Positions 51,226-64,000 of a stretch of 64,000 bases of DNA are shown piece by piece; position 1 is the first letter of the stretch; the number at the start of each line of letters is the position of its first letter. The notes under the pieces were generated by a model. That model had not been told where the DNA came from and did no database searches. It saw only the letters and a program-made list of their open reading frames with translations. The stretch is from Camelus dromedarius (taxonomy: Eukaryota), in NCBI RefSeq assembly GCF_036321535.1, contig NC_087436.1:79486001-79550000 (forward strand), in the 5' to 3' direction. A program made the position numbers and the translations under genes.

Positions 51226-52934
51226 GAAAAATCAAGAGAAAGCACAGCTTTTCTTCAGTGCCTTTTATAGGCAGGCACTTCATGGCTAAAATTCATTTAT
51301 TAATGTCTTCGAGACCATTGATTCAGTGATTATTGTCTATTCGTATAATTGATTACTCTGGTCTGAATTGGAGGCCAGTATCACTTGGACAGAGTATTGG
51401 GAGTGTGGAAATTAAAAGCCTTTGTTTCTGTTTATTACACTCAGTGGTGCTGTGGAGGAGCCATGGGACTGACAAAACCATGTTAAAGTGTGGTTGACAG
51501 GGATGGCGTGTGGGTTGGGGGTGTCGGGGACACTTCCCATTGCTGATGTTTTATTCTGTGTGAAGGGAGCTCCTCTAGTAAACGCTTCGGCCTTTTTGGT
51601 CCCTGCTTGTTCCTCTCTGGAGGAAGAGTCGCTTATCTGACTGTGGATGTGGAAGGAGTCACTGACTGTATGGCCCGGACTCCCCTCCTTTTCTCTTGGA
51701 GTGAGCCTGCCTGTGGGAAGTTTGCCTTCTACTTGGATCCCCCTCTCCCTACATATACTCCTGTCTCTGGGAGGCTTGTCCATTTCCTGGGACTCAGAAG
51801 ATAAGTATTTTAATTCTTAGTTTGAATATAATGGAATCCACTTACCTAAAGTTATGAGACACATCCTCCAGTTTTAACAACGTGATATCCAGTCCATTAT
51901 CCACCTTATTCTTTGATCTTTTTTCATAATCATCTCACAACATTTGTGGGAAAGATGGATACTATTTGTAGAGACTATTGAAATTCTGACAGTTCTATCA
52001 ACATAATAATTGAATACTTTCCATAGGGACCTCTTAAGAACCTGAGTGGAATACTGCTCAGAATTACCTGTTAGGGGGCAAGGAAGCTGGGGTATTTATA
52101 TACCTACTCCCATCCCTCACTGATTGAGTGTTGCTTTTGGGATGTTAACTCCCTGACACTTTTGGCTGGCCCATTTTGTACCTAGCAGAAGTCCTCAGTT
52201 AGGCAGATACAGGTACTTGATGTGGAAAACCATCTGTGTGGCTACAACTATCTATTGAAACTACATGTGACTTTCAGTGTGGGTTGAGGGGAGATGGGTG
52301 GGGTGCCAACAGTGCCTACTAGAAAGTTGTGTTGAATCGTCCTTGACTATGTTAGATGCCCTTGCTCTGTGGTTCCACAGATCCCTATTTCCTCCTTAAT
52401 AAAACCTACCATATTGTACGGGTTGTCTGTTTTTCTCCTAGGCTATAACCTCTGTGTGGGTGGGGACAAGATCCTGTTCACTGTGGTGTCCCCAAGCCTG
52501 GGTGGTCAGTAAATATTTGTTAAATGAACGTTCTGATCAGAAATAAGTGTTCACAGTGAAAAAACGATTTGATTATTATTAAAGCTAGTTTTGGTGCTTT
52601 GTATTTACTACACATGGAATAGTACTGCTGAACTCATTTCACACAAAGACATGAAATGCTTGATTTGAATTTATCTGATGCTTGTGCCAGACTTGAAGGG
52701 AACTCGTCTTTTACAACTTTATGGTCAATGAAGAAAGGTAGAGATCAGATATTTTTCTTTTTAAAACAAGTATTGTTAGCAGGGAGTAGTTTCCATGAAG
52801 GTAAGATTGAGTAAAAAACTGATGAAGTTTGAAGTTTTCCTAATCAGTTCTGTTTGTGAAGTTACTTGTTAAAATTTCCCAAAGAAAGTGAGTTCAGCAA
52901 TTTTGAATGGATTTCAGGGCTGAGAATATGATGG

Positions 52935-52968
52935 TGTAATGTGACAATTTTGCCAGTAGGTGGTGCTG
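52935..52968 (+). promoter_or_regulatory. Candidate CTCF site with upstream motif
   Basis: TGTAAT-N-TTGCCAGTAGGTGGTGCTG resembles the CTCF core CCAGYAGRKGGCRSY plus the upstream TGCART motif. Confidence 0.55.
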
Positions 52969-54189
52969 TTTCATGAAACAATTGAGGCTTTTGGGGTTTG
53001 GACTGTGTTTGAGTTCACAATATTAATCTTAAAATGTATTAGATTAGTTTCTGGAGGATTGATAGGATTTTAGCATCAGACAAGCAATAAGGGGAAAAAA
53101 GCCAACCATCTCTCTCCATAAGCAAAAAAATTCAGAGGGAGATACAACCTTTGTAATTCATACAACTGTAGCCAGTAGTATGGGGAAGAAGAAATGCACA
53201 AAAAAAATAGCTAATTCCAAGTTGATTATATGCTCTGGTATTGCCTGGATAATTTCAGTTTTGAAGGACTATTCTGGTCAGGCACATAGGCCAGGAAAAT
53301 TTCAGATTTAATGAATAGTTTTTGCTATAGGGTCAAGAGTTGCTTAAATATACAGCTTTAAGATGAACTGGGAAGTGCTGGACTTAGCTTTGTGAATTAC
53401 CACATGTGAAATACATTTATGTTTGCAAATGACTGCATTTAAAAACAACTCATAAAGTAATTTTTAATACTCCATTATGTATAACTTGACAAACTGCTGA
53501 GCTATCTTAATATTTCAATTGAATTTAATAAACACCTATTGGGGGTCTACTCTGTACCAGGCAGTCTGCCAAGCACTGGGAATCCACAAATTAATAAAAC
53601 AGAGCCCTTACTTCCATGTTAGCCTTTAGCCCAGCTGTTTTCAGGCCTTATGGAGACCCTACTTCTTCTCCATCACAGTTAAGGACCCAAAGGCTCTGGT
53701 GCAAGAAGAGGAGTCCATATTCCCTAAATCCATGGTCCTTTCTGCAGCAAAGTCCCTGCTTCTCTCATACAGAAACCTTGCCTAGTCAGAGGCTACAGAG
53801 GAGTAAGAATTTCTCATCCTCTGATTATGCCTCATGTGCTCCCACCCTTCAAACGGGGAAGAACTGTGGTCATTTTAGATATTTATGAAACTCTGGTGAT
53901 AGATTAAAAAATGATCACTCATCATACCTGGATTTTATAATCACATCCTTTCCCAGGATGCCTACAGAAGGTTCAAAGACACAGTGAAATGGTCAAAGTC
54001 ATAATCTAGGTGAAGGCTTGGAAATGACACCTCCTGTGCCAAGACTCTAACAAGATTGCCCCCAGGTTCATCCTCTCCTCTTCATCCAGAAAGATGGTAA
54101 AAGTTGCCTTATGCAGCAGCAGAAAGATGTCCAATTACTTTTTGCAAGAGTCAAAGCTTTTAGAAGAAATAAGCAACATCTATTTTGAA

Positions 54190-54410
54190 ATGGGTTGTAG
54201 AGCAAGGACATCTTTGCCTGGTTCTGATCCTAGCTTAACCACATATCAGCTCTGTGATTGGGACACTTTATTTAACTACTATAAGCCTTGGTTTTCTCAC
54301 TTAAAAACAGAAATTATAATTCTTAGCTCACAAGGTTGTTGCAATGCTTGAAATAGGATTACATATGGGAAAGCACCCACAATAATGCCTGGCATATGAG
54401 ACACCCAAGA
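54190..54410 (+). mobile_element. MIR SINE
   Basis: cctggttctgatcctagc...tgtgattgggacactttatttaact...agccttggttttctcacttaaaaacag...atgcctggcata. Confidence 0.7.
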
Positions 54411-56704
54411 AAATGTAAGGCTTGTCCCTTCCCTCTTTGGAAGTGGATGTTAGTAGTCAGTCACGTGGTCATCAGACAACATATAAGGATGTTGGGTACC
54501 AAAATTATGTCATCACCATCGATCCAGCATCTTCTCTTTGCTTGCTATTAATGCGCCTCATTTTGATGGCAATGTCAATAGACGATTTCATGGTAAAGTC
54601 AATGGGCAGATGATCTTAACAGCTAATTCTAAAAGCATTCGTAGGCAAATCTAGAGTAGAAAGAGGCCATTTATATTTCTCACATGTTCTTGTAACTGGT
54701 GCACCGGAAATCTGGCATTCTAAAAGCAGCTGATGGTGCTGGTGTGTCCCGGAGCCTCCTCGTTTGCTGTGTGAGTGTCAGCCTGCTGGCTTAAGTGAAG
54801 TGAAGAACAGTTTCTCTTCACGTGCCATGGACAATATGAGAGCACGACTGCTTTTGTTGCTGATGAAAATATTATGGCCTCGGCTCCCTGTAATCAATTT
54901 ACTGCTTTATGGACCCAAAGTCCTCCAGAGAATTTAATAAATTCACATAATGTTTCTAAGTGCTGCATTGTGCATTTGGAGCACTGATTTAGCTGACAAA
55001 TGTGAAAAATTCGTGTAGCTAGACAAATCCCTAGTGATTAGACATGTGTAGAAGCTAAAGAGAGCACGTTGCTCCAGAGAAGGTCAGCATTAACATATGG
55101 CAGAGCTCCTACTCTCACGATGGGCTTCGTGCCCCTCCAGCTCTGATAGATGATACCGTCCCACTGAATATTGGGGCTTTTTTTCCCATTTTCAGTGGGG
55201 CTGCACTTTTTGTTCTCTGCCTACTTGCAGCTTCTGATCTGGGTGAGCCAAGAACAACAAAAATAAGGGAGATGGAGCATATGATGAAGATGACACTGGA
55301 TTTAGATAATGAAATGGCCACTGAAGTATGGATATTTGACCCTAAAAATGTCAGAGGTTCCTAAGGGAGCTTTTTATGTGCTAGTCTTACAGGGTCACTT
55401 GTTTGAAACTGGTTCCACTTAAGTTATGTTGAATCTTTCTGCACATCTCTTTCTTCCCTTCTAATTTCCTTCCAAACTGAAACAAATTTACCCAAAATGG
55501 TAAATATTAAACGATTTTTGTTATTCAAAATAACCTATCTTCATTAACGTGCATATACGCATTCCGCATAGTTATAATCAATCGATTGCTTTGTCTTAAA
55601 AATACCATTTTATATTCGATTTTTCCCTCCTTAATGTTACTTCATACAAACAATAATGTTATTTTATATCTATCTAGATGGGCCACAGAGCTGTGGTTTC
55701 AAATAGGTTTTTAGTATTGAATTTCTGAAAGTTATCTTTGAAGGGGACAAGTGCTACGTTGCTTCAAAGATGACTATTGCCTAGAATTACTGCAGATTTT
55801 ATTGCTGATTTTTAACTTGAATTTTGATTTTCAGCCTGAGCTAAGATTTAGGATTTAGCTTCAGTTCTCAAATTAGGGGAAATCAGCAATAGGTGTATGA
55901 GAGTGGAGGTCTGGTAATAACTGGTATGGAAACAAGCCAACGCCTGTCCCATGTTCCCACCCTGGTTTGATGTGGCCCAGCTTATTCCTCTACTCCGGCA
56001 TCCTGTGAGGATGGACTACTGTTGACTCTTTCCTCACGGACCCTTAAGGTTCAGGCTGCCTCCATGACTCTGGATCTGGGGAGTACAGACACCCAGATGG
56101 CTCGTGGATTAAAAGGGAATATACCACTTCAGGTATTCGGATGCTGAAGCAATGTCATTAACAGGTAAACTTTCCACTGCTCACAAAGCAGTTGAGGAGT
56201 TAGGGAGCCACAACGTGGTCAAGTATTGGCAACCAGCGATAGGACTAGAATGACCACCACTAATCCGTGAATTGGGGGTTCATAAATATGGCTCCAGTTC
56301 GATTTGGTACTTAAGTGAGAAATGAATATTGCTAATTTCACATCTGGGGTAATAGTTACTAGCAATGGGGTAGCAGGCTGGATAAATCATAGCTATCTCC
56401 TTTGAAGGGTATTTTTAAACTGCTCAGTAAACTGCCCTTTCCTCATTTATCTGATGTAGAGACTGAGGCATCGAGAAGACAGATGACCTGCTTAGGCTCC
56501 GAAAGCTGGTTAGTGTCCAAGATAGGATAAAAACCCAACTTCTATGTTTCCCACCCATACTTTTCCTACTAGACTGTGCTTCTGACCTTTTTCAGTATGA
56601 GGACTCTGTTGCTGTGTTAAAAAGTTTATTAGGTCCTGGGTTTCGGCACCAAAAATAAATAAATAAAGTTTAAGGAACCTTATATGATAGTAGCTTATAT
56701 TTTT

Positions 56705-57330
56705 TCCCCCAATTTTTAAATTGTGGTAAAATACACATAACATAAAATTTGCCATCATAACCATTTTTCTTGAGAAGTCAGTAGGAAGTTAATTTTATTT
56801 TCTACACAGATGCCCATAAACTCAGGGACAACAGACTTTCTAGATCAGAGTGTAATTTTAAAATATATATATATATTTTTATTGAAGTATACTCAGTTTA
56901 CAATGTTGTGTCAATTTCCATCTTAACCATTTTTAAGTGTACATTTCAGTGGTATTAAATACATTCGCAATGTTGTACAGCCATCACCACCATCCATCTC
57001 CAGAACTTTTTTCATCTTGTGAAACTGCAACTCTATACCTATTAAACAACACTCCTCATTCCATCCCCCAGCCCCTGGTAGTCACCATTCTACTTTTTGT
57101 CTCCTTGAATTTGACTACTCTAAGTACTTCATATAAGTGGAATCTTACGATATTTGTCTTTTTGTGACTGGTTTGTTTCACTTAGCATAATGTCTTCAAG
57201 TTTTATCCATGTTGTAGTATATGTCATAATGTTCTTCATTTTAAAGACTGACTACTATTCCATTACATGTATGTACCACATTTTGCTTATCCATTCATTT
57301 GTGAATGGACACATGGGTTGCTTCCAGTGG
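56705..57330 (-). mobile_element. L1MB-like 3' end, interrupted at 56769-56917
   Basis: ttgtggtaaaatacacataacataaaatttgccatc...aagtgtacatttcagtggtattaaatacattc...aagtggaatc...cacttagcataatgtcttcaag. Confidence 0.88.
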
Positions 57331-59735
57331 CTATATTTTTAGTATCTATTAATTGGGAAAATCCAAAGTAAAGTCATAGACCCTTTGCAGTGACACTGCA
57401 GCCTCCTGGAGTGTTCAGGATGGGAAATCATTGCATAAGAGATTTTAATTTTTAAAGACTTTTTCGTAAACTTTGACCTGGCTGGCAGCACTATACAATG
57501 ATAATATAAACAAAATGTTTAATTAAGAAGCTCCCTGTCACCTAGGAATTAACAGTGGATGATGAGAAATGGAAAGTTTGGGGCTTTAGTGATGGTCCCT
57601 TTCAAGAGGAGAGGATTTGCTAAAGAACATGCTTTCCAGAGGTCCCACTTTACATGGGAAATGGCACCACGTGCCAGCTCTAACTGTATTGTGTTCCCAC
57701 CACCCATCCTGAAATGGCAGCACTGAAATGCCTATACCAGGCAGACAAGAGTCTACATTGTTACTCAAATGATAAACCCTGTAACGTTGTGATTTTATTT
57801 TTGTCACTATTTTGTTGCTGTCATTCCTGATAAGTATGTCTTATACTTGTCAGGTCGAATTTGTAATACACAAAATGCATACCTCCGTATGTACACGTTT
57901 TTTTCATTTTCTAAAGCGAACATCATAAAAAAGACAGCAACGTGACCTCAAAAGGCAGGATACAGACTCAAAATATTGTACAGCTGCTTCATCTTTTTAT
58001 TAGATTTTCTGTGTTTTTTTCCCCCTAGTTGCTGGATAAAATCCATACAAATGAAATACTGGCTCACTCAGTAAATAATAATGAAAAGGTAAATTCATTT
58101 TACAGAGAAGCCAGTACATGTAAGACATCATCTTGAATGACTGTGATTTTCTTGAACTGATCACCAGGCTATTATAGTCTCGCAAAAATAATATCTGGCT
58201 TTTAGGCTCTCCAATTGTGCCTGCGACCTCTCCTTAACCCTTTGGCTCTTAAGAAAAATTGATTTTTTAACCATGTGCACAGTATGCTGCTAAAATCACA
58301 CAGGTGCTGTTTGGTTCACATGACATGGCAGCTCTAAGAGACGACGGGACACAATCAAGGGTCTTCTTTCTCCATCATCTCACCTCAACTACACCCTCAA
58401 CATCTCACCCTCAACTATGATACCTAACTACTGTGTCTTCAATAGTTATGATATGATAACTGTATTTATCTCTTTAAAAGAAATAGAAAGGAAATATCTT
58501 AAGGGCTAAAACCTGGTTTTCTTTTAAAGTTTATCTTGTGGCTAATTATGTGTCTACACCTATGTTAGATTCTATTTTATGTTTTTTTGGAAAACTCCAA
58601 ATGTGTATGTGTGATAATTGTCTTCTTTCCTCCGAGTATTCCCTCGGACGGGTGGGAGGAATGACATTTAAGTAGACGGACGTGAGCCAGAGAGGGAGAG
58701 CGAGACCTGCCATCCCAGTTTGCCTAAACTAAGGGAGCTCCCAGGACCCACGATTTTCAGGGACACACCCGGGAAAGCCTGGCAAACCAGGATGAGTTGG
58801 GTCACTTTTGAGAATGGGTTTCCTCTCGACTTTGTTTCTGGATGAGAGAAAGGTAAAATTCAACTCAACAGCTGTATTTTGAGCACTGACTGTATAAAGG
58901 GCTTGCAAGGACAGGTCAGCAAAACAAATCCGCTCCCGATGAGCTTTCTTCTCAGGTGGCTGGTGAGTCCTGTCTCCAGCAGCAGCAGTCACGCCTGCGG
59001 AAGCCAGTGCTGAAGCAGCACGTCCACTGGCCCCAAGCGTCCCAGGAGGAGACGGTCGTCTCAGAACGGAGGTGGTCTCTCCTCAGATATTTCTTGCCTA
59101 GTGAAAAATAAAATACCTAGAGTTCAGAAATGCCCTGCAAATAACTCACTGTTTACTGAGTATCTAAGAAGATAAAAACAGGCAAGTAAAGTCTCTGAGT
59201 CAGAAGGAGTTTGTCCTCAAATCCAGATGAGACTTGGGTGTTACTGAAAGCTACATTGGGTGTTACTGAAAACTCAGAAGATGGAAATAAGTAGGAACCT
59301 TTTATGTATTTGTCTCCAATATTGAGTGAGTAGCAGCCTGAGGACACAGGCCTGCGACGTCTGAGAAGTGCGTCCAGGATGAAGTGGCCTTGAATTTGAG
59401 GGAAGGGAACTGTGAGCTTGCCAGATAGGCGTCCTACCTGCAAAGAAACCAGGCTGCTGGGGTGAGGGTCTTCAGACAGGAGGCCCCAGGAATTCAGCCG
59501 AGTAGGTAAAAAGGTGGGCTCTCAGGATGGGCGAGACCTGGCACAGATTATAGTTACCAACAGAAGGCGGAGAAAGCAGGATGTCTGTCCTGATTTTTGT
59601 CATGAAGATGTGAAAAGTGGCCAGTGGCCAATGAGTAGAGGCTACAGGCAGAGTCAGAATCCCCTTTCCCATGGCTTTCTGGCTGTGTAACCTGGGGCAA
59701 TTGACTTAATCCCTGCAAACCTCCATCTTCTTATT

Positions 59736-59891
59736 TGTTTGTTTCTGTTTTTTGGGGAGGGGGGAGGTATTTAGGTTTATTTGTTTATTGCTATTAGTTT
59801 AAATGGAGGTACTGGGGATTGAACCCAGGACCTCATGCCAGGACCTCATGCGCGCTAAGCATGCGCTCTACCACTGAGATTTACCTTCTTC
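59736..59891 (-). mobile_element. vic-1-like SINE inserted in a MIR
   Basis: TSD ccatcttcttatt at 59723-59735 and 59892-59904. MIR-like sequence on both sides (~59660-60005). Confidence 0.9.
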
Positions 59892-61771
59892 CCATCTTCT
59901 TATTGTGAACAGGAGTACAATTCCTTCATGCTGGTTTAGCCATTCAGATTAAGTAAGATAATATAAGAAATTTAGCTCAATTCTTGGTACATAGCTCTCA
60001 ATAAGGAGTAGCTAGGTACACCGTCCTTACATTAATAACGACAGCTGTCTCATTCACTTGCCATGATGAAATAACACTCGGTAGTTCTTCTTCTTATCAG
60101 TTTACACAATCTTTTTTCCTCCTGAACTAAAATCCTCCTTTTATGGATATGTACTATAATTATGAGAACCATTTTTCTAGCTGATACACAGATTTAAAGC
60201 ATAAAGTATCCATTTGATAAATTCCTTAGGATTCAAATTTGACCTGGGTTAAAAACCAGCTGATCCAGGGTTTCACCAGAACTAGTAAGTTTCTTCCTGG
60301 GATTCCTCTGGGATATAGTTTATTCTTTATTCTCTCCTCCAAGGGCTGTCTGCTTTCTTCGGCTGAGAACCAGAATGGAAAGTGGAAGGAAGACCCTGTG
60401 GGCAGGTGACGGGCAGTGGGAGCAGCCTTGTCTGCACAGACCCACTTTTCTCCACATGGCAGTTCCACTGACTTCCTGCACTAGGGAAAGTCATCCTGGG
60501 GTTGAGAATTAATCTTCCTCAAGTGTTCTGGCTGAGATGAGGGCAGGAAGCAGGTACAACTAAGGCCAGGTTTGTGCTCAAGGAGAAGAGAGACGTTCTG
60601 AAGTACCTGCCTTGGGCAGCACAGCAAATTTATGTCCTGTCCTCCTTATTGGGCAGCTGGAAACTGGTCACAGGCCAGATAATAAATGTGCTGAATTCCC
60701 CCTCCCGTGGTTGAATTCTGCTTAGATGACTCTTTTGATTGCAAAGGGAACTGGGAATTCAGTCTTTTGAAAATGACAGCAATCAACTGGGCAGAATGAG
60801 ACTCCTCTCTGTTTAGAAGGTGAGTATTTATGCTCACTCCCTACCAGAAAAGAACACCAAGCTGTGGATGGTGACTCCTGTGGACTGGGCAAGCCATGAG
60901 GGCACCAGCTGTGTTGGTCGTCGGGTCAGCAGGTCTGACAGAAGTCTATTTGCATGAGGTGCAGGGGAGCCTTGTGAGAGAGGACTTACCCCAAGTGAGG
61001 TAGGGGCCAGGTTTCATGAGCCTAAGCCCAGAGTAAGGTTTTGGGAGGAAACTTATTTGAACATCTGCTATCTCATGGATGAATAATGAACAAAAAAGCT
61101 ATAATGCAGATGCTGACAGAGTCACGATACTAAAATTCTTACACCAGCCTTGTAGGCAGACTGGAAGTGCTCAAACGACGGAGCGCACATATGTAGGAGG
61201 GTTAGAACTCCTGAGATCCAGGGCACAGTAAGGCGATACTGCTGCTGAGGAAGCACAGAAGCTGGAGAAGTGCCCGCTGTGTTGAGCTGAGATTGGCATC
61301 AGTGAAGAGAGCAGTCTTGACAAGTTGCAAATGTAAAGTTTACATCTACAGAACGGACGTTGCAGGCTGGACTCCTGGAAAGTGGACTCTAAGTCAGAGG
61401 TTAGCATTTGAGGAGTTTAATACCTGCTGGGGAGGGACTGGGCAGAAGCAGGAGTTGGGTGACCTTGTGGCTGACAGCATGGCGAGCTCTGCATCTGCAA
61501 TAACCCTTTGCAGTTGACCCCAGTTGGGGCTTGGAGGCTGAATTATCATGTCCCTGCATCAACTAGTCACTGAATGCAAGTTGACTCTGGGAAAAGGGGA
61601 GGACTATAGTGAGGTGGCTGCATTCAGCCAGCCTGAGGGCAATTCCCAAGGGCTGAGAGCTGAAGGTTGTTGGAGGGCAGTGTGCCCAGGAGCTGGGAAC
61701 ATGAATCCTTCAGTCCTAAAGCTGAGATTTAGGGAATATAACGTAGTCTATTACAAAGGGACTTATTTTTA

Positions 61772-61969
61772 AATTATTATTTTCTGTTTTTTTTTTAAGT
61801 GAGGAAGTAATTAGGTTCATTTATTTATTCATTTTTACGTAATCTTAAAAAATGTTTTCTGGTAATTAGGATTTTTAAAAAAATTTACTTATTTATTTAT
61901 TTTAATGGAGGCACTGGGAACTGAACCCAGGACCTCTTGCACTCTACAGCTGAGCTCTACCCTTCCCCC
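61772..61969 (-). mobile_element. vic-1-like SINE with an internal deletion and duplicated tail
   Basis: gaacccaggacctcttgcactctacagctgagctctaccc, two gtaattagg tail motifs, and TSD gggactta(t/c)tttt at 61758 and 61970. Confidence 0.82.
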
Positions 61970-62259
61970 GGGACTTACTTTTTTAGAGACCGATGGAATG
62001 TACTGAAGAACTTCTGGTTTGGGGAGATAGAAGTTAGTGTGGACTATCAAAGCAAACTGTAGTAATCCTCGGATTTGGGAATCAAGAACTGTGTCTTTAA
62101 GCTTTACATCAAGTCAGATTAAAATGAGTGAGCGCCAAATCTGTTCTGTCATCTGAGAAGAGCACGCTCTAAGATTTCCTCATACTCCCGTAAATATTAA
62201 GTATCCTGGGTACTTCCAATGTTGTGTGGTGCTATGGAAATAATAGCAATCATGACAAC

Positions 62260-62480
62260 AACAGCCACAGCTAACACAAATTGGGTGTTACTATGTGCCA
62301 GCACTCTTCTGAGTGCTTTGTTTACAAATCTTCTATTAAATCCTTACAGTAGTACTGTGAGGTGGGGAGTTTTATTATGCTCACTTTAAAGATGAGGAAA
62401 CCGAGGCTCAGAAAGTTTAAATAACTTTCCCATGGTTGGTAGCTAAAAAGTAGCAGTGCTGGGTTGCAAACTCAGGCATG
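62260..62480 (-). mobile_element. MIR SINE
   Basis: actatgtgccagcactcttctgagtgcttt...aatccttacagtagtactgtgaggt...agatgaggaaaccgaggctcaga. Confidence 0.8.
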
Positions 62481-64000
62481 AAAAACAAAAGTGAAAAGGT
62501 CAAAACCAAAGCAAAATTGTCCTCAAAAGAGATGCTCTCCGATGCTTTGAAAGCAGGTCACATGAAGTTGCTTGAGCAATGGCAGTGGTACCACTGTTGT
62601 TTTTTGCTCCAGGAAGTGGGTTTGCTGTAGAACTGTGTCCAGCCTGTCTGCAGCTGCATCTCCTGGGTTAGCCCATGAAGGGCCTGGCCCCCTAGGAGCA
62701 TGGCCCCTCCAGGTGCTCAAAAAAGATTTATTTAATGATGGATTGAATGAACATACTGGAAGGATTATTGTGTTTAGAATTAAACAGAGTTAAAACAATT
62801 TCCTTACTCTCTCTGGGCCTCAATTTTTCATCTATAGAAAGGAAGTGATGTCTCAGGGGTGATGTGAGGTTTGGAAATAATCTTTGATCTAGTATAGAGT
62901 CTTGTACAGCATGCACACTCAACAAGCAAGAGCAATTCTTCTCCTTCTTCTTCTTAATGATTTTGTTCCACATGCCGAAAGGTGGTGCTTAATTTAAAAA
63001 TGTGAAAAAGAAGGAAATGCCTCATTCTTTCAGCTGTGGAAGGCTTGACCACATTACCTCTTGTATTCTGTTTTAAAATGAAGTATGGAATCCTAGATTT
63101 TTATGTTTCTCAGGTGCAAAGTTTTTAAACAAAATAATTTGTACTGAAGTGAAAGTGGAGTTTCTCGATTTCAACCTGCCCCACCCAACCCCCTTCCAAT
63201 GTTTTCAAGGCACGTCTTGTTTTTATTACCCTTGCATTAACAGATCTACTTGAAGGAGCTTACTGTGACCCAGGAAATGGAGGCTGACTAAAAATGGAGG
63301 AGGAGAGAGGACAAGGAGACATAAAAGGGATTTTATGTTCTTTTTTAGGAGTCATTAAAGTAGTGTAAAAGAAAAAAAAAATCCTTAAAATGCCACACAA
63401 AGTAGTGTTTAGATAAGACTCAGAGAACGTTTTGCACAGATGGATGGGAAAAGCAAGGCTCTGTGATTTTGCCCAAGTTAATTCCTGGGTGGAGTTACGG
63501 TTGGGGTCTCTGTCAGTCAAGGCTTAGTTGGGTAAAGGAGAAACCAGTTCAGTGATCTTAAGCAGAAGGAAGTTTAACACAGGGAATAAGTATGCTTACA
63601 AATCATTGGAAAGATTGGAGGAGCAAGTGCCTGCCGGCCCTCCAGAAGCTGAACAACAGAACAACTCAAACCGCCCTGGCAAAGGAACTATGATTTCAGC
63701 ACAATCAGGAAGTTGGTGAATCAGGAGGCCACTTGGTCCACTGTTGGTTTCAGTGTCACGTTACCTTACCTGTGAATCCGGGGTCAGGGCACCATCACCT
63801 GCACCTTTGGTTCACAGACCCACCACCCGGGCCAAAATCTAGGGGTCAGGAAGCTGGCTTCACCATTGCTGGCTCTGAAGCCATAATATTCTAAGTCTGG
63901 ACCAGGAAATGAGTATTTCCCCAACTACTTAACTCAGGTTTGGATCCAGTTCTCGCCCAGATTCTTCTTCAAATGAGTCAGGGAGATGGAGTTTTTATCT

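Noticed and set aside
58376..59271. Short tandem duplications (catctcacc(c)tcaacta x2; ttgggtgttactgaaa x2 at 59234 and 59256)
   Set aside because: Two-copy microduplications are common and there is no sign of function.
1..64000. CRISPR arrays, operons or a novel multi-gene system
   Set aside because: The sequence is mammalian with one spliced gene. There is no repeat-spacer array and no second credible coding locus.

Overview
This is mammalian genomic DNA, most likely from a camelid, judged by nine copies of a tRNA-derived SINE resembling the camelid vic-1 family. Positions 1-28.4 kb hold the 3' part of GPAT3 (AGPAT9, glycerol-3-phosphate acyltransferase 3) on the + strand. Ten GT-AG coding exons (5883-27282) splice into one uninterrupted frame of 369 residues ending ...MIVGNESLNSEAN*. 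The frame contains the acyltransferase motifs NHTSPID and FPEGT. The first coding exons lie upstream of the window. The 3' UTR probably ends near 28.42 kb. The rest of the window has no recognisable gene and is rich in repeats (L1, L2, MIR, MaLR/ERV LTRs, MER58, SINEs). I found no evidence of a new multi-gene system. The most notable observations are a MER41-like solo LTR with two degenerate STAT/GAS sites, a probable L1 3'-transduction, an L1 fragment with a ~49-bp flanking duplication inside a 62-bp duplication, an in-frame alternative acceptor before exon 11, and candidate CTCF and enhancer elements. Exon numbers and repeat family names come from recalled knowledge, not database searches.
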